64,000 nt of DNA from Bdellovibrionales bacterium (lineage in GTDB: Bacteria; Pseudomonadota; Alphaproteobacteria; UBA9219): the NCBI GenBank assembly GCA_040275305.1, contig JBEOJY010000007.1, forward strand, positions 795 to 64,794. Direction: 5' to 3'. This document shows, piece after piece, positions 30,374 through 41,144 of this stretch. How positions within the stretch are numbered: the first letter of the stretch is position 1; every line of letters starts with the position of its first letter. The notes beneath the pieces are model-generated. The model did no database searches, was not told where the DNA came from, and was given only the letters and a program-made list of their open reading frames with translations. A program made the position numbers and the translations under genes.

Positions 30374-33049
30374 ATGAAAACGCTTGCCGATATTCGTTCG
30401 ACCTATCTGAATTTTTTTGCCGGACAAGGGCATACGATTGTCCCATCCTCGCCGCTAGTGCCGCGCAACGACCCAACTCTGATGTTCACCAATTCGGGCA
30501 TGGTGCAGTTTAAACGCCGTTTTACAGGCGACGAATCCGGCCCATATTCCCGCGCGACCTCGGCGCAGAAATCCGTCCGCGCAGGCGGCAAGCACAACGA
30601 TCTGGAGAATGTCGGCTACACCGCGCGTCACCATACCTTTTTTGAAATGCTCGGCAATTTTTCGTTCGGAGATTACTTCAAGGCGGAAGCCATCGATTTC
30701 GCCTGGACGCTCGTGACCAAGCATTACGGCCTTCCAACAGATAAGCTCCTCGTCACCGTCTATCACGAGGATGACCAAGCGGCGCAGCTTTGGAAAAAAA
30801 TTTCCGGATTCCCAGACAGCAAAATTATCCGCATCAAAACCGACGCCAATTTCTGGCGCATGGGCGAAACGGGTCCCTGCGGCCCCTGCTCCGAAATATT
30901 CATTGACCAAGGCGACAAACTGCAAGGCGGCCCCCCCGGAAGTCCAGACGAAGACGGCGACAGGTTTCTTGAATTCTGGAACCTCGTCTTCATGCAGTTC
31001 GAAGAGCAACCGGGCGGCAACCGCATCAACCTTCCCAAGCCCTCTATCGACACCGGCATGGGCCTCGAACGCATGGCCGCAGTCCTGCAAGGCGTCACAT
31101 CGAACTACGACATTGACTTGTTCAAAGCGCTGATCGGCGCGACCGCTGACCTCGTGAAAGTCGATCCAGAGGGTGCGCAAAAACCATCTTTCCGCGTCAT
31201 CGCCGACCACCTCCGCGCGACCTCCTTCCTCATTGCCGACGGCGTGCTGCCCAGCAACGAAGGGCGCGGTTACGTCCTGCGCCGCATCATGCGCCGCGCC
31301 ATGCGCCACGCGCATATGCTCGGCGCGAAGGAACCGCTGATCTACCGCCTCGTGCCGGAACTCGTGAAGCAGATGGGCGTCGCCTATCCCGAATTGCCCC
31401 GCGCCGAAGCATTGATAACCGAAACCCTGAAGCTTGAAGAAACCCGCTTCAAGCAAATGCTGGATCGCGGCCTCAAATTGCTCGACGAAGAATGCGGTAA
31501 ACTGGATAAAAGCCAACCGCTCGCAGGCGAAGTCGCCTTTAAGCTCTACGACACTTTTGGATTTCCTCTCGACCTAACGCAAGACGTTCTGCGAGGCAAA
31601 GGCCAGAAAGTTGATACTGCCGGATTCGAATCCGCAATGGCCAAGCAAAAAGCCGCCGCCCGCGCCGCATGGGCAGGTTCGGGCGACATCGGCACCGACA
31701 AGCTGTGGTACGAGCTGCGCGACGAACTGGGCGCGACCGAGTTTCTAGGCTATTCAACGGAGAAAGTCGAAGGCCAGATCACCGCGCTCGCCAGCAACGG
31801 CGCGAGGTTAGTCAACGCCAAGCAAGGCATGGATGTGCAAATTCTCGTCAATCAAACGCCGTTCTACGCCGAATCCGGAGGTCAGGTCGGCGATACTGGC
31901 GTTATGACGACGCCTTCCGGTGCCATCATCAAAATCACCGACACGAAAAAGGAAGCGGATACCGTCTGGGTCCATCTCGGCCATGTCGAGAAAGGCAGCG
32001 TCAAGACAGGCGATCCCGTCATCATGGAAGTCAATCACGAACGCCGCGCGAATATTCGCGGTCACCACTCGGCGACGCATTTGTTGCACGAGGCGCTGCG
32101 CCGCAAGCTCGGCGCGCATGTCGCGCAAAAAGGTTCGCTCGTCACGCCGGACAAGCTGCGCTTCGACTTCAGCCAACCGACCCCCATTTCCGCCGAAGCG
32201 CTTGCGGAGATCGAGTCCGAAGTCAACGCCCGCATCCGCATGAACGAAGAAGTCCTAACGCGCCTCATGTCGCCGCAGGAAGCGCAAACCAACGGCGCGA
32301 TGGCCTTGTTCGGCGAAAAATACGGCGAAGAAGTGCGTGTCCTGTTCATGGGCGGCATGGAAGCGAAAAACGCGCAAGGCAAGGAATTTTTCTCGGTCGA
32401 GCTTTGCGGTGGAACCCACGCCCGCCGTACCGGGGATATCGCCGTGTTCAAGATCGTCTCGGAAAGCGCAGTCTCTGCCGGAGTCCGCCGCATCGAGGCG
32501 CTGACCGGCCCTGCGGCTCTGGCATGGTTCGCGCAGCAGGAAAAGGCTCTGCAAGCCGCCGCAGACGCCATGAAAGCTCCCGCAGCGGAACTTCCCGCGC
32601 GCGTCGCGCAACTCGTCGAAGACCGCAAGAAGCTTGAACGCGAAGTGGCCGAATTGCGCAAGCAGGTCGCGCTCGCAGGCGCTGGCGGATCAAACGGCGC
32701 TGCGGCCTCTGCGGAACCAAAATCCATCAACGGCATCGCTTTCATCAGCCGCATTCTGAACGACGTTCCGGCCAAGGATTTGAAGCCGATGGCCGACGCT
32801 TTCAAGGCTCAGGTGAAATCAGGAGTCATCGCGCTGGTCGCTGGCAGCGAAGGCAAGGTATCCATCGTCGTAGCCGTTACGCCTGACCTCACCTCACGTA
32901 TCAGCGCCGTCGATCTCGTCAAGCTCGCCGCCGAAGCCGTCGGCGGCAAAGGCGGTGGCGGCCGCCCCGACATGGCCCAAGCCGGAGGTTCGGATATGAA
33001 CGCGATGGCGAAGGCGATTGAAGCGATTGAGAAGGCAATTTTGTCGTAA
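30374..33049 (+). CDS. alaS: Alanine--tRNA ligase
   Basis: Class II aminoacyl-tRNA synthetase motifs, an editing domain HxxxH (HHSATHLLH) and a C-terminal DHHA1 domain. About 891 aa from MKTLADIRS. Confidence 0.9.
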   Translation: MKTLADIRSTYLNFFAGQGHTIVPSSPLVPRNDPTLMFTNSGMVQFKRRFTGDESGPYSRATSAQKSVRAGGKHNDLENVGYTARHHTFFEMLGNFSFGDYFKAEAIDFAWTLVTKHYGLPTDKLLVTVYHEDDQAAQLWKKISGFPDSKIIRIKTDANFWRMGETGPCGPCSEIFIDQGDKLQGGPPGSPDEDGDRFLEFWNLVFMQFEEQPGGNRINLPKPSIDTGMGLERMAAVLQGVTSNYDIDLFKALIGATADLVKVDPEGAQKPSFRVIADHLRATSFLIADGVLPSNEGRGYVLRRIMRRAMRHAHMLGAKEPLIYRLVPELVKQMGVAYPELPRAEALITETLKLEETRFKQMLDRGLKLLDEECGKLDKSQPLAGEVAFKLYDTFGFPLDLTQDVLRGKGQKVDTAGFESAMAKQKAAARAAWAGSGDIGTDKLWYELRDELGATEFLGYSTEKVEGQITALASNGARLVNAKQGMDVQILVNQTPFYAESGGQVGDTGVMTTPSGAIIKITDTKKEADTVWVHLGHVEKGSVKTGDPVIMEVNHERRANIRGHHSATHLLHEALRRKLGAHVAQKGSLVTPDKLRFDFSQPTPISAEALAEIESEVNARIRMNEEVLTRLMSPQEAQTNGAMALFGEKYGEEVRVLFMGGMEAKNAQGKEFFSVELCGGTHARRTGDIAVFKIVSESAVSAGVRRIEALTGPAALAWFAQQEKALQAAADAMKAPAAELPARVAQLVEDRKKLEREVAELRKQVALAGAGGSNGAAASAEPKSINGIAFISRILNDVPAKDLKPMADAFKAQVKSGVIALVAGSEGKVSIVVAVTPDLTSRISAVDLVKLAAEAVGGKGGGGRPDMAQAGGSDMNAMAKAIEAIEKAILS

Positions 33050-33052
33050 AGC

Positions 33053-34063
33053 TCAACCAACCTTCTTCAAAGCGCACAGCGCATTAACCAGAGCCAGCTT
33101 CTTATCCAGATTGGCGTGGTCCGCTGCGGCCAAAGTCTCGCAGGTTATTTCCCAAGAGTCGAGTTTGCGGCGAACGATGCCATGCCCCTCTTTCCGCGCG
33201 GCCTCCACAGCATTCTTCCTGAGTTTTTCCAGGAAAAGCTCCGTGGCAACCTCAAAGGTCTCAGATTCGGCCTTAGGCGCGATCTTGTCTGCAAGCTTGT
33301 GTAGACGAGCAAGATCAAGTTGCGGAAGCCCATCGAACAACGCCAGCATTTCCTCATAGGATTCCAGCGCCTCCGTCTTCAAAATGCGCAAAGCTTTGCC
33401 AATGCTTCCACCAGATAAAGCCAGCAACTTCTCCGTGTCACTATCGCTTAAATTCTTTGCATGGCGTTGCAGCAGATCCCGCATGGTCTGCTCATCGAGC
33501 GACGCAAACTGCAACACGCGACACCGCGAACGGATCGTCGGCAGCATCGCGCCAAGCATCGTCACGGTCATAATAATCATGGCGCGCGCAGGCGGCTCTT
33601 CAAGAATCTTCAGAATGGCGTTCTGAGCATTGCGGTTAAGCGTATGCGCCTCATCGATGATCACAACCCGCCACCCCCCATGCGAAGACGTTTTGTGCAA
33701 AAATGCGCCGACGCGCGAAGCTTCCTCGACCACGATGCCTTGCTTTAATACGCCCGTCTTCTCATCGACAGCGCGACGGATCATCAGCATATCCGGATGC
33801 GTTTCCGCCAAAGCGTGCTGAACTTGCTTGTCAGCCATCATGGGGCGATCAGGTTCTCCCTTCCCCCCGGACAGAGCAAACGCCCCCATGCTGAGCGCAA
33901 AAGTCGCCTTGCCGATCCCTTCCATCCCCGTCAGCAACCACGCATGATGCATCCGCCCAGCGCGAAACGCCTCCGCGACTTGCCGCGCAGCGCCGCTGTG
34001 TCCTGCCAGATTTGCGCAATCTTGCGCTTCATGCTGTGCAAAAATATCAACCATGGCAACCAT
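33053..34063 (-). CDS. holB: DNA polymerase III delta-prime subunit
   Basis: AAA+ Walker A-like motif GMEGIGKAT, a VVIIDEAH box, and SRC motif IRSRCRVLQF. Confidence 0.8.
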   Translation of the reverse strand: MVAMVDIFAQHEAQDCANLAGHSGAARQVAEAFRAGRMHHAWLLTGMEGIGKATFALSMGAFALSGGKGEPDRPMMADKQVQHALAETHPDMLMIRRAVDEKTGVLKQGIVVEEASRVGAFLHKTSSHGGWRVVIIDEAHTLNRNAQNAILKILEEPPARAMIIMTVTMLGAMLPTIRSRCRVLQFASLDEQTMRDLLQRHAKNLSDSDTEKLLALSGGSIGKALRILKTEALESYEEMLALFDGLPQLDLARLHKLADKIAPKAESETFEVATELFLEKLRKNAVEAARKEGHGIVRRKLDSWEITCETLAAADHANLDKKLALVNALCALKKVG

Positions 34064-34159
34064 CTAGGCATAAAATATGACGCAATGCAAAGCTGCCCTT
34101 TACAAGCTAATCCCATATCCTTATTCGTTGCTAATCCATACCCCTAACGGCTGCTAACC

Positions 34160-35134
34160 ATGCTCACCTTATATTGTCTTGAATCCCACAAAATCAGGGC
34201 CATCCCATCCCATGATCTGGCGAACAGCTTTCCGGAGCATACTGTTTGGATCGACCTAGAACACCCGACCAGACAGGAAGAAATGGCCGTCGAGCGATAC
34301 CTTGGCATCAATGTGCCGACGGCCGAGGACATGCGTTCCATTGAAGAGTCAAGCCGCCTGTACGCGGAAGATCACGCGATCATAATGACGCTTCCCGTCC
34401 TTCACCGCGCCGCCAGCGAAGATCAGGAACTAGCCGCTGTTACATTCATCGCAACGCCCAAATGCTTGATTACGCTGCGCTACGCGAACCCGTCTCCGAT
34501 TGGCCTGTTCGCGCAAAGTCTTGAACGCCACGCCCAAACGTCGCTTTCCCCCGAAGATATCCTGATCGACCTACTCGAAAAAATCGCGGAACGCATGGCC
34601 GAAATTATGGAAACCGCGACCGAGGATCTGGAGAAACTCTCCCACGATATTTTTCGCAAGAACGGAGAAACCGGCGCAGCCTCCGGCACCGATTTCCGCT
34701 CTGTGATCCGCAAGATTGGACACATCAACGACCTCGCGACCGAGGCCAAAGCCAGCAGCCTGAGCTTTACGCGCCTCCTCCCCTTCTACGCAGCGCATGC
34801 AAAGCCGGAAAAAAATCCAGCAAATCGTTTGCTTGCCCTTGAGCGCGACATAGCCTCCATCAGCGAACACGCCACTTTCGTCTCGGCCAAAGTCAGTTTT
34901 CTGCTCGATGCCACGCTAGGCCTCATCAATCACGAGCAAAACAGCATCATTAAAATCTTTTCCGTCGCCGCCGTCGCCTTCATGCCCCCCACCCTCATCG
35001 CCAGCATCTACGGCATGAATTTCAAACAAATGCCAGAGCTGGGCTGGCCCTTCGGCTACCCTCTTGCTATTGGCATGATGGTCTTCCTAGCCTTGATCCC
35101 GCTTTGGTATTTTCGCCGCAAAAAGTGGCTGTAG
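34160..35134 (+). CDS. corA: Magnesium/cobalt transporter CorA
   Basis: GMN motif (YGMNF) before two C-terminal transmembrane helices. Confidence 0.85.
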   Translation: MLTLYCLESHKIRAIPSHDLANSFPEHTVWIDLEHPTRQEEMAVERYLGINVPTAEDMRSIEESSRLYAEDHAIIMTLPVLHRAASEDQELAAVTFIATPKCLITLRYANPSPIGLFAQSLERHAQTSLSPEDILIDLLEKIAERMAEIMETATEDLEKLSHDIFRKNGETGAASGTDFRSVIRKIGHINDLATEAKASSLSFTRLLPFYAAHAKPEKNPANRLLALERDIASISEHATFVSAKVSFLLDATLGLINHEQNSIIKIFSVAAVAFMPPTLIASIYGMNFKQMPELGWPFGYPLAIGMMVFLALIPLWYFRRKKWL

Positions 35135-35192
35135 CGCTAAGGAAAGTGCCGTGGTATGAAGGCCTGAAAAGCAGACATGAAGGCCGCTACCC

Positions 35193-35864
35193 ATGTATAA
35201 AACAGGACTCCCCGCCACTTTCGCCCGACGCGCTATGGTGCTGATGCCGCGCCCCACGCTGAATCATGGGCTAGAACTGCTGATGCGCCGCCTGCACAAC
35301 GCATCGCCGCATTTGTTCCGAAACCTTTCCACGCTCCCGCGAGCGACGATATTAATTGAACCGCTAGACCTTCCCCACCTTTTTCTTTTGAGCCTAGGAC
35401 AAGCGCCCGTCACGCTCGAACTGATAGAAGCGGAAAACGTCAACGCGCTTGCGCCATCCGCCCACATCAAAGGCAAGCTCAAAGCCCTGCTCGATCTGCT
35501 CGACAGCCATATCGACAGCGACGCGCTGTTCTTCACCCGCGCGCTCACGCTAACAGGCGATACATCCGTAGTTGTAACCTTGCGCAACGCGCTGGAACGC
35601 AACCCCATCGACTCGATGGCGGCTGTCGCCTCTTTGTTCGGCCCCTTCGCGCCAATTGCCAAAAAGACCATGGTTCAAGCTGATAAAGCCATGGTCAGTA
35701 TCGCGGACGCTCTTGGGCAAAATCCTCAGAATGAATTTCTAGAGACGACCGTCGAGAAGCAGCAACAGACGCAGGAAGAGCTGCGCGCGGAAATTGACGA
35801 TCTAAAATCGCGTCTAGCTAAAATGGAAGCATGGCAACGGCGTAAAATGGAGAACGCGGCATGA
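35193..35864 (+). CDS. ubiT: SCP2-domain protein, probable ubiquinone biosynthesis accessory factor UbiT
   Basis: SCP2-like segment with a ...DSDALFFTRALTLTGDTSVVVTLRNALE motif. Located immediately upstream of the two U32 genes, overlapping ubiU by 4 nt. Confidence 0.55.
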   Translation: MYKTGLPATFARRAMVLMPRPTLNHGLELLMRRLHNASPHLFRNLSTLPRATILIEPLDLPHLFLLSLGQAPVTLELIEAENVNALAPSAHIKGKLKALLDLLDSHIDSDALFFTRALTLTGDTSVVVTLRNALERNPIDSMAAVASLFGPFAPIAKKTMVQADKAMVSIADALGQNPQNEFLETTVEKQQQTQEELRAEIDDLKSRLAKMEAWQRRKMENAA

Positions 35865-36874
35865 AATCAGCGAACGCCACAAGCTATCTAGAACTTGTCT
35901 GCCCAGCCGGAACGCCGACCGCCCTGCGCACCGCCGTGGATGCCGGAGCCGACACCGTCTACTGCGGCTTCAACGACTGCACCAACGCGCGTAATTATCC
36001 AGGCCTGAATTTTAACGTCGAAGAACTGGCTGAAAGCGTCGCATACGCGCACGAACGCGGGCGCCGTGTGCTCGTCGCCATCAACACGTTTCCCCGCGCG
36101 GACGACATGGCCCCATGGCATCGCGCCGTGGACAACGCCGTCAGCGCCGGAGCAGACGCCGTGATTCTCGCCGACATCGGTGTGCTCGACTACACAACCC
36201 GCAAGCACCCGAACATGCGCCGCCATCTTTCGGTGCAAGCAGCGGCCTCCAACTCTATGTCGATCAAGTTTTATAAGGACAATTTCGACATCAAGCGCCT
36301 CGTCCTGCCGCGCATCCTCGCCATCGAGGAAGTCGCCTCTCTGATCGCGCAAATTGGCGACGTGGAAGCGGAAGTCTTCGCCTTCGGCAATCTCGGCACC
36401 ATGGTCGAAGGTCGCTGCTACCTGTCGTCCTACATATCGGGATGCTCGCCAAGCTGCGAAGGCTCCTGCGCCCCCGCCAATCAAGTAACCTACGAAGAAA
36501 AAGGCGACAACCTCATTTCAAAACTCGCCGGAATCACAATCAACAGCTTCGGAAAGCACGAACCCGCCGCCTACCCCACGCCATGCAAAGGTCGTTACCA
36601 AGCCATGGGCAAAACATCCTATCTGTTTGAGGAACCGTTCGGACTGAACACAATTGATATCCTTCCGCAGTTGAAAGCCGCAGGCGTCACCGCGCTTAAA
36701 ATCGAAGGCCGCCAACGTTCGCGCGCCTATGTCGCGGAAGTCGTCAGTAAATTTCGTCAAGCCTTGGATGCGCTTGCGCGCGGCGAACATGTCGACGCTT
36801 CGACTGTTCAACTCAACGCCATCGTCGAAGGCGGCAAGGAAACCTTCGGAGCCTATAAGAAAGGGTGGCGATGA
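35861..36874 (+). CDS. ubiU: U32-family peptidase-like protein, O2-independent ubiquinone hydroxylase component UbiU
   Basis: U32 family N-terminus (LELVCPAGTPTALRTAVDAGADTVYCGF), with four conserved Cys available for an Fe-S cluster. Confidence 0.75.
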   Translation: MKSANATSYLELVCPAGTPTALRTAVDAGADTVYCGFNDCTNARNYPGLNFNVEELAESVAYAHERGRRVLVAINTFPRADDMAPWHRAVDNAVSAGADAVILADIGVLDYTTRKHPNMRRHLSVQAAASNSMSIKFYKDNFDIKRLVLPRILAIEEVASLIAQIGDVEAEVFAFGNLGTMVEGRCYLSSYISGCSPSCEGSCAPANQVTYEEKGDNLISKLAGITINSFGKHEPAAYPTPCKGRYQAMGKTSYLFEEPFGLNTIDILPQLKAAGVTALKIEGRQRSRAYVAEVVSKFRQALDALARGEHVDASTVQLNAIVEGGKETFGAYKKGWR

Positions 36875-37806
36875 TGGTTGTTGCAAAAACAAACCGCCTG
36901 ACACTTGGTCCATTGCTGTTCCACTGGCCGGAAAACAAACGCCGCGATTTTTATTTTCGCATCGCGGAAGAAACTGATATCGATACGGTCTATCTCGGTG
37001 AAGTAATATGCTCGAAACGCGATCCGTTCTTCGAACCATATTACGAGGAAGTGGAAGAACGCTTGAGCAAAGCGGGCAAAGAAGTCGTGCGCTCAACCCT
37101 CGCCCTCATCACGACGCCGCGTGAAATGCAGGCCACCCGCGATATCTGCGCCACGGCTAAAGGCATGATAGAAGCCAACGACGTTGCCAGCATCGAAGCC
37201 ATCAACGGCAAGCCCTTCGTCATTGGTCCGCTCGTGAATGTATTCAACGAAGGCGCTCTAGCTTTCCTCGCGCAAAAAGGAGCCAAGCGCCTCGCAACAC
37301 TGTCGGAACTCTCGCTACCCGCCATGCAAGCGCTGACCAGCGCAGCTAAAAAACTCAACATAGAAATGGAAATCCCTGTCTTCGGGCGACAACATCTTTC
37401 CATATCTATGCGCTGCTATCACGCCCGCGCGCATGGACTGCACAAAGACGGCTGCCAGTTCGTCTGTCAGGCCGACACAAACGGCATGCCCGTGCAAACG
37501 CTTGATGAACAAGACTTCATCGCCGTCAACGGCGTCCAAACGCTTTCGCACGGCTATGTAGCGCTAACGCAAGAGCTGGAAACATTGCAACAAGCAGGCG
37601 TAAATTATTTCCGCCTGTCGCCACACGACACCGACATGGTTCAAGTCGCCGCCGTCTTTCGTGCCGCGCTCAAAGGAGCTTCAGACGCCACAGAAACGTT
37701 CAAGAAATTGCAAAACTTGATGCCGGACGTGAACTTCATCAACGGCTACGCGCAAGGAGTCAAAGGAATGGCGTGGGAAGAAGCCCGCTCGTCAAATCAA
37801 CTTTGA
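36865..37806 (+). CDS. ubiV: U32-family peptidase-like protein UbiV
   Basis: U32 family (LTLGPLLFHWPENKRRDFY...TVYLGEVICSKR). Overlaps ubiU by 10 nt. Confidence 0.75.
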   Translation: MAMMVVAKTNRLTLGPLLFHWPENKRRDFYFRIAEETDIDTVYLGEVICSKRDPFFEPYYEEVEERLSKAGKEVVRSTLALITTPREMQATRDICATAKGMIEANDVASIEAINGKPFVIGPLVNVFNEGALAFLAQKGAKRLATLSELSLPAMQALTSAAKKLNIEMEIPVFGRQHLSISMRCYHARAHGLHKDGCQFVCQADTNGMPVQTLDEQDFIAVNGVQTLSHGYVALTQELETLQQAGVNYFRLSPHDTDMVQVAAVFRAALKGASDATETFKKLQNLMPDVNFINGYAQGVKGMAWEEARSSNQL

Positions 37807-37856
37807 TTTGCAAACCCAGCAACAGGACGATTCATACGGCAAGGACGCTGCGGTTC

Positions 37857-38168
37857 CTAAAGAAAAGCTTTACCATACTTAGCATGAAGCGCGCCCAACA
37901 ATACCGCTAAGATTTCTTCCTCCTGATTTCTTGTGCCGGACCAGCAATGCACACCATAGACTGCATTGGGCCTGGATTCGACAACCGATACAATCGCAGG
38001 CCGATAGAAGCCGCCGCACACATACCAACTATCGCCGAAATCGACAGGCCAATCATACACGCTTTCCGAATCATCGTCGCCCACGACGGCCTTTCTGAGA
38101 ACCTGAACAAGTTCACGCTCTTCGACAAGTTTGCGGTGTTCAGAATCGAAAGAAAAAGTTCTACGCAA
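37857..38168 (-). CDS. Hypothetical small protein (103 aa) directly downstream of pyrG
   Basis: ORF lying 15 nt after the pyrG stop. Contains the motif WYVCGGFYRP. No family recognised. Confidence 0.4.
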   Translation of the reverse strand: MRRTFSFDSEHRKLVEERELVQVLRKAVVGDDDSESVYDWPVDFGDSWYVCGGFYRPAIVSVVESRPNAVYGVHCWSGTRNQEEEILAVLLGALHAKYGKAFL

Positions 38169-38182
38169 GATTTGGCTCCTTG

Positions 38183-39838
38183 CTACACCAACCGCGCCTG
38201 ATGCAATGCCGCCTCAATAAAGGCGCGGAAAAGCGGATGCGGCTCGAACGGCTTGGACTTCAGCTCCGGATGGAACTGCACGCCGACGAACCATGGGTGA
38301 TCCTTGCGCTCAATCATCTCCGGCAATTGCCCATCGGGCGACATACCGCAAAAGACCAACCCGGCCTTTTCGAATTGAGGCATATACGTAGCGTTGACCT
38401 CATAACGATGACGGTGGCGCTCATGAATGCGGTCATGCCCATAAATCTCACGCGCTTTGCTGCCGGATGCCAGATTGCACGGATAGGCCCCCAGCCGCAT
38501 AGTGCCACCCAGATCTCCATCGGCGCTGCGCTTTTCCTGCTGGTTGCCCTTAACCCATTCCATCATCAACCCAATCACCGCATGGCCTTCCGGACCGAAT
38601 TCGCTTGAAGTAGCGTCCGAAACTCCGCCGAGATGCCGAGCAGCCTCGATCACCGCCAACTGCATCCCGAAACAAATCCCGAAATAGGGAATCTTGCGCT
38701 CACGCGCGAATTTTGCCGCGCAAATCATCCCCTCCGCGCCGCGTATGCCGAAACCTCCCGGCACCAAAATCCCGTTGACGCCTTCGAGATGCCGCAACGT
38801 TTCCTCGCTGTCTCCCTCAAAAATCTGCGAGTCGATCCACTTCAGATTGACGCGCAGCCTGTTGGCGATCCCGCCATGCGCCAACGCCTCGCTCAACGAT
38901 TTATAACTGTCCAACAGGCTCGTGTACTTGCCGACAATGGCGATCGTCACCTCGCCCTCAGGATTGCGCACGCGCTCGACGATGTTGCGCCAGCGCGAAA
39001 GATCGGGCTTGTGCTCGACCGGAAGCCCAAAGAAGCGCAAAACCTGCTCGTCGAACCCTTGCTCATGATAATTGATCGGCACCTGATAGATCGTATCGAC
39101 ATCCAGAGCTGGAATCACGCACTCCGGTTTGACATTGCAGAACAAAGCGATCTTGGCCCGCTCGCCTTCTGGCAAAGGCCGCTCGGAACGGCAAAGCAAA
39201 ATTTCCGGCTGAATCCCGACGCTCAGCAATTCCTTGACCGAATGCTGCGTCGGCTTGGTTTTAAGCTCGCCCGCCGTCTTGATGTAGGGCAGCAGAGTCA
39301 CATGCACGAACAAACTGCGCGCATGCCCCAATTCGTTGCCAAGCTGACGAATGGCCTCAAGAAACGGTAAACTTTCGATATCGCCGACCGTTCCGCCAAT
39401 CTCGCAAATGCAGAAATCTTCATCCGCCAAATCGGCGCGGACAAACTCTTTAATCGCATCCGTGACATGCGGAATCACCTGCACCGTCGCGCCCAGATAA
39501 TCCCCGCGCCGCTCGCGTGCGATCACATTGGAATAAATTTTGCCCGTCGTGACATTATCCGTCTGCCGCGCCGCGACGCCGGTAAAACGCTCGTAATGGC
39601 CAAGATCAAGATCCGTCTCGGCCCCGTCATCCGTCACAAACACTTCGCCATGCTGCGTCGGACTCATCGTGCCGGGATCGACATTGAGATAGGGATCAAG
39701 CTTACGCAGTCGAACTTTGTACCCGCGCGCCTGCAGGATAGCGCCCAACGCCGAAGAAGCGATCCCCTTGCCAAGCGATGAAACGACCCCGCCCGTGATA
39801 AAAATAAATCGGGGAGAATGATCAGACCGCTTTTGCAT
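38183..39838 (-). CDS. pyrG: CTP synthase
   Basis: N-terminal synthetase domain ([13 protein letters not shown]) and C-terminal class I glutamine amidotransferase with catalytic GICFGMQ. Confidence 0.95.
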   Translation of the reverse strand: MQKRSDHSPRFIFITGGVVSSLGKGIASSALGAILQARGYKVRLRKLDPYLNVDPGTMSPTQHGEVFVTDDGAETDLDLGHYERFTGVAARQTDNVTTGKIYSNVIARERRGDYLGATVQVIPHVTDAIKEFVRADLADEDFCICEIGGTVGDIESLPFLEAIRQLGNELGHARSLFVHVTLLPYIKTAGELKTKPTQHSVKELLSVGIQPEILLCRSERPLPEGERAKIALFCNVKPECVIPALDVDTIYQVPINYHEQGFDEQVLRFFGLPVEHKPDLSRWRNIVERVRNPEGEVTIAIVGKYTSLLDSYKSLSEALAHGGIANRLRVNLKWIDSQIFEGDSEETLRHLEGVNGILVPGGFGIRGAEGMICAAKFARERKIPYFGICFGMQLAVIEAARHLGGVSDATSSEFGPEGHAVIGLMMEWVKGNQQEKRSADGDLGGTMRLGAYPCNLASGSKAREIYGHDRIHERHRHRYEVNATYMPQFEKAGLVFCGMSPDGQLPEMIERKDHPWFVGVQFHPELKSKPFEPHPLFRAFIEAALHQARLV

Positions 39839-39905
39839 GCGCTACGCCCATATCGCCTGATGACAACCTGAATGCCAAATCACTTAAACCTGCGCCTGAA
39901 AAACT

Positions 39906-40394
39906 TCACCTTGCTACAGGAACCTGTGGAGCTTTCCCACCTGCCGGAGCTTCGCTACTCTTGCCGCCTTTCGAAGGAGCGGGCTTAGGCGCTTTCGCCG
40001 CGCCAATATTGGAAGGCAAAGCCGAAGAGGCAGGAGAAGAAGAAACGGGAGCCGACTCTTCCGGTGCCTTCTGCGCGTCTGCGGCAGGATTCGCCCCGCT
40101 CTGGTTAGTCGTCGGCGATGCCGTTGATGCTCCTAATTGATCAAGCGCGCTACGCGATTGATGTTGATGGCTCGCCATAAAGCCAAGCGCCAAACAATTG
40201 ACAAGAAAGCATGTCGCCAATATCGCCGTCGTGCGTGTTAAAAGATTGGCAGACCCGCGCGCGGTAAACAACCCGCCCATCGTGCTGCCTCCCCCCATCA
40301 GGCCACCACCATCTTGCGCCGTCCGCTGAATCAGGATGCACCCGATAAGCGCCACAGCAATAAGCAACTGAACCACAAGCAATACGACCTGCAT
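39906..40394 (-). CDS. secG: Preprotein translocase subunit SecG with a low-complexity C-terminal extension
   Basis: The N-terminus matches SecG (two transmembrane helices, Gly-rich loop GGGLMGGGSTMGGLF). A C-terminal Ala/Pro/Ser-rich tail follows. Confidence 0.7.
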   Translation of the reverse strand: MQVVLLVVQLLIAVALIGCILIQRTAQDGGGLMGGGSTMGGLFTARGSANLLTRTTAILATCFLVNCLALGFMASHQHQSRSALDQLGASTASPTTNQSGANPAADAQKAPEESAPVSSSPASSALPSNIGAAKAPKPAPSKGGKSSEAPAGGKAPQVPVAR

Positions 40395-40682
40395 CGCGAC
40401 ATTCTCCTTTTAATTCCCAGCGCATGCGCATAAATCGACCGACCGCACAGACCTACTTACCGGAAAGGCCTTTGACAACGAACCATAATTTAGGCTGGGA
40501 TCATTTTTTAGCGGCCTTTGGCCCCAATTGCCAGAACTATATGAAGGCCCAATGCGGACCAATGCGTTAATCCGTTTTGTAACCCATTGATTTCTCAAAG
40601 GCAAGGCAAGCACAGACATCCAAGATACCAAGTGCGCAGCTCATACCAATAACGAAACGGGACCAATACGGCGCTCAACAGC

Positions 40683-41078
40683 CTACATAGAGTGGAAACC
40701 TATGACATTTCCCTCTGTGTCGCGAGCAAGAGAAAAAAAGCCGTGCTCGCCAATCGAAGTTTTTTCCTTCACGACAACCCCACCATTCGCCGCAACGCGC
40801 GAAGCTTCAACTGCGCAATCTTGGCTAGCGAAATAAATGATCGTACCGCTACCTGCGGAAGGATTACAGTCATTCATCTTGACCAACATGCCACACGCGC
40901 CATAGGACTTTGGCGCAACCTCCTTATCGCTCGGAAACGCCCACATCTCCATATCGAATTCCGAAGTCGGGGCAGGCATATGCTCCAGTTTAACGTCAAG
41001 AACGGCCTCATAGAACTTTTTGGCCCTTTGCATATCCTGCACATAAATTTCAAACCATACGACAGCATTGGATTGCAT
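40683..41078 (-). CDS. Glyoxalase/bleomycin-resistance/dioxygenase (VOC) family protein
   Basis: 131 aa. VWFEIYVQD N-terminus and a C-terminal metal-ligand Glu/His pattern typical of VOC folds. Confidence 0.65.
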   Translation of the reverse strand: MQSNAVVWFEIYVQDMQRAKKFYEAVLDVKLEHMPAPTSEFDMEMWAFPSDKEVAPKSYGACGMLVKMNDCNPSAGSGTIIYFASQDCAVEASRVAANGGVVVKEKTSIGEHGFFSLARDTEGNVIGFHSM

Positions 41079-41144
41079 GGATTCCCCCGTTATACAAATA
41101 CGTTAAACTGATACGTTACGCCCAAAGTCACAGAGCATAACCGC

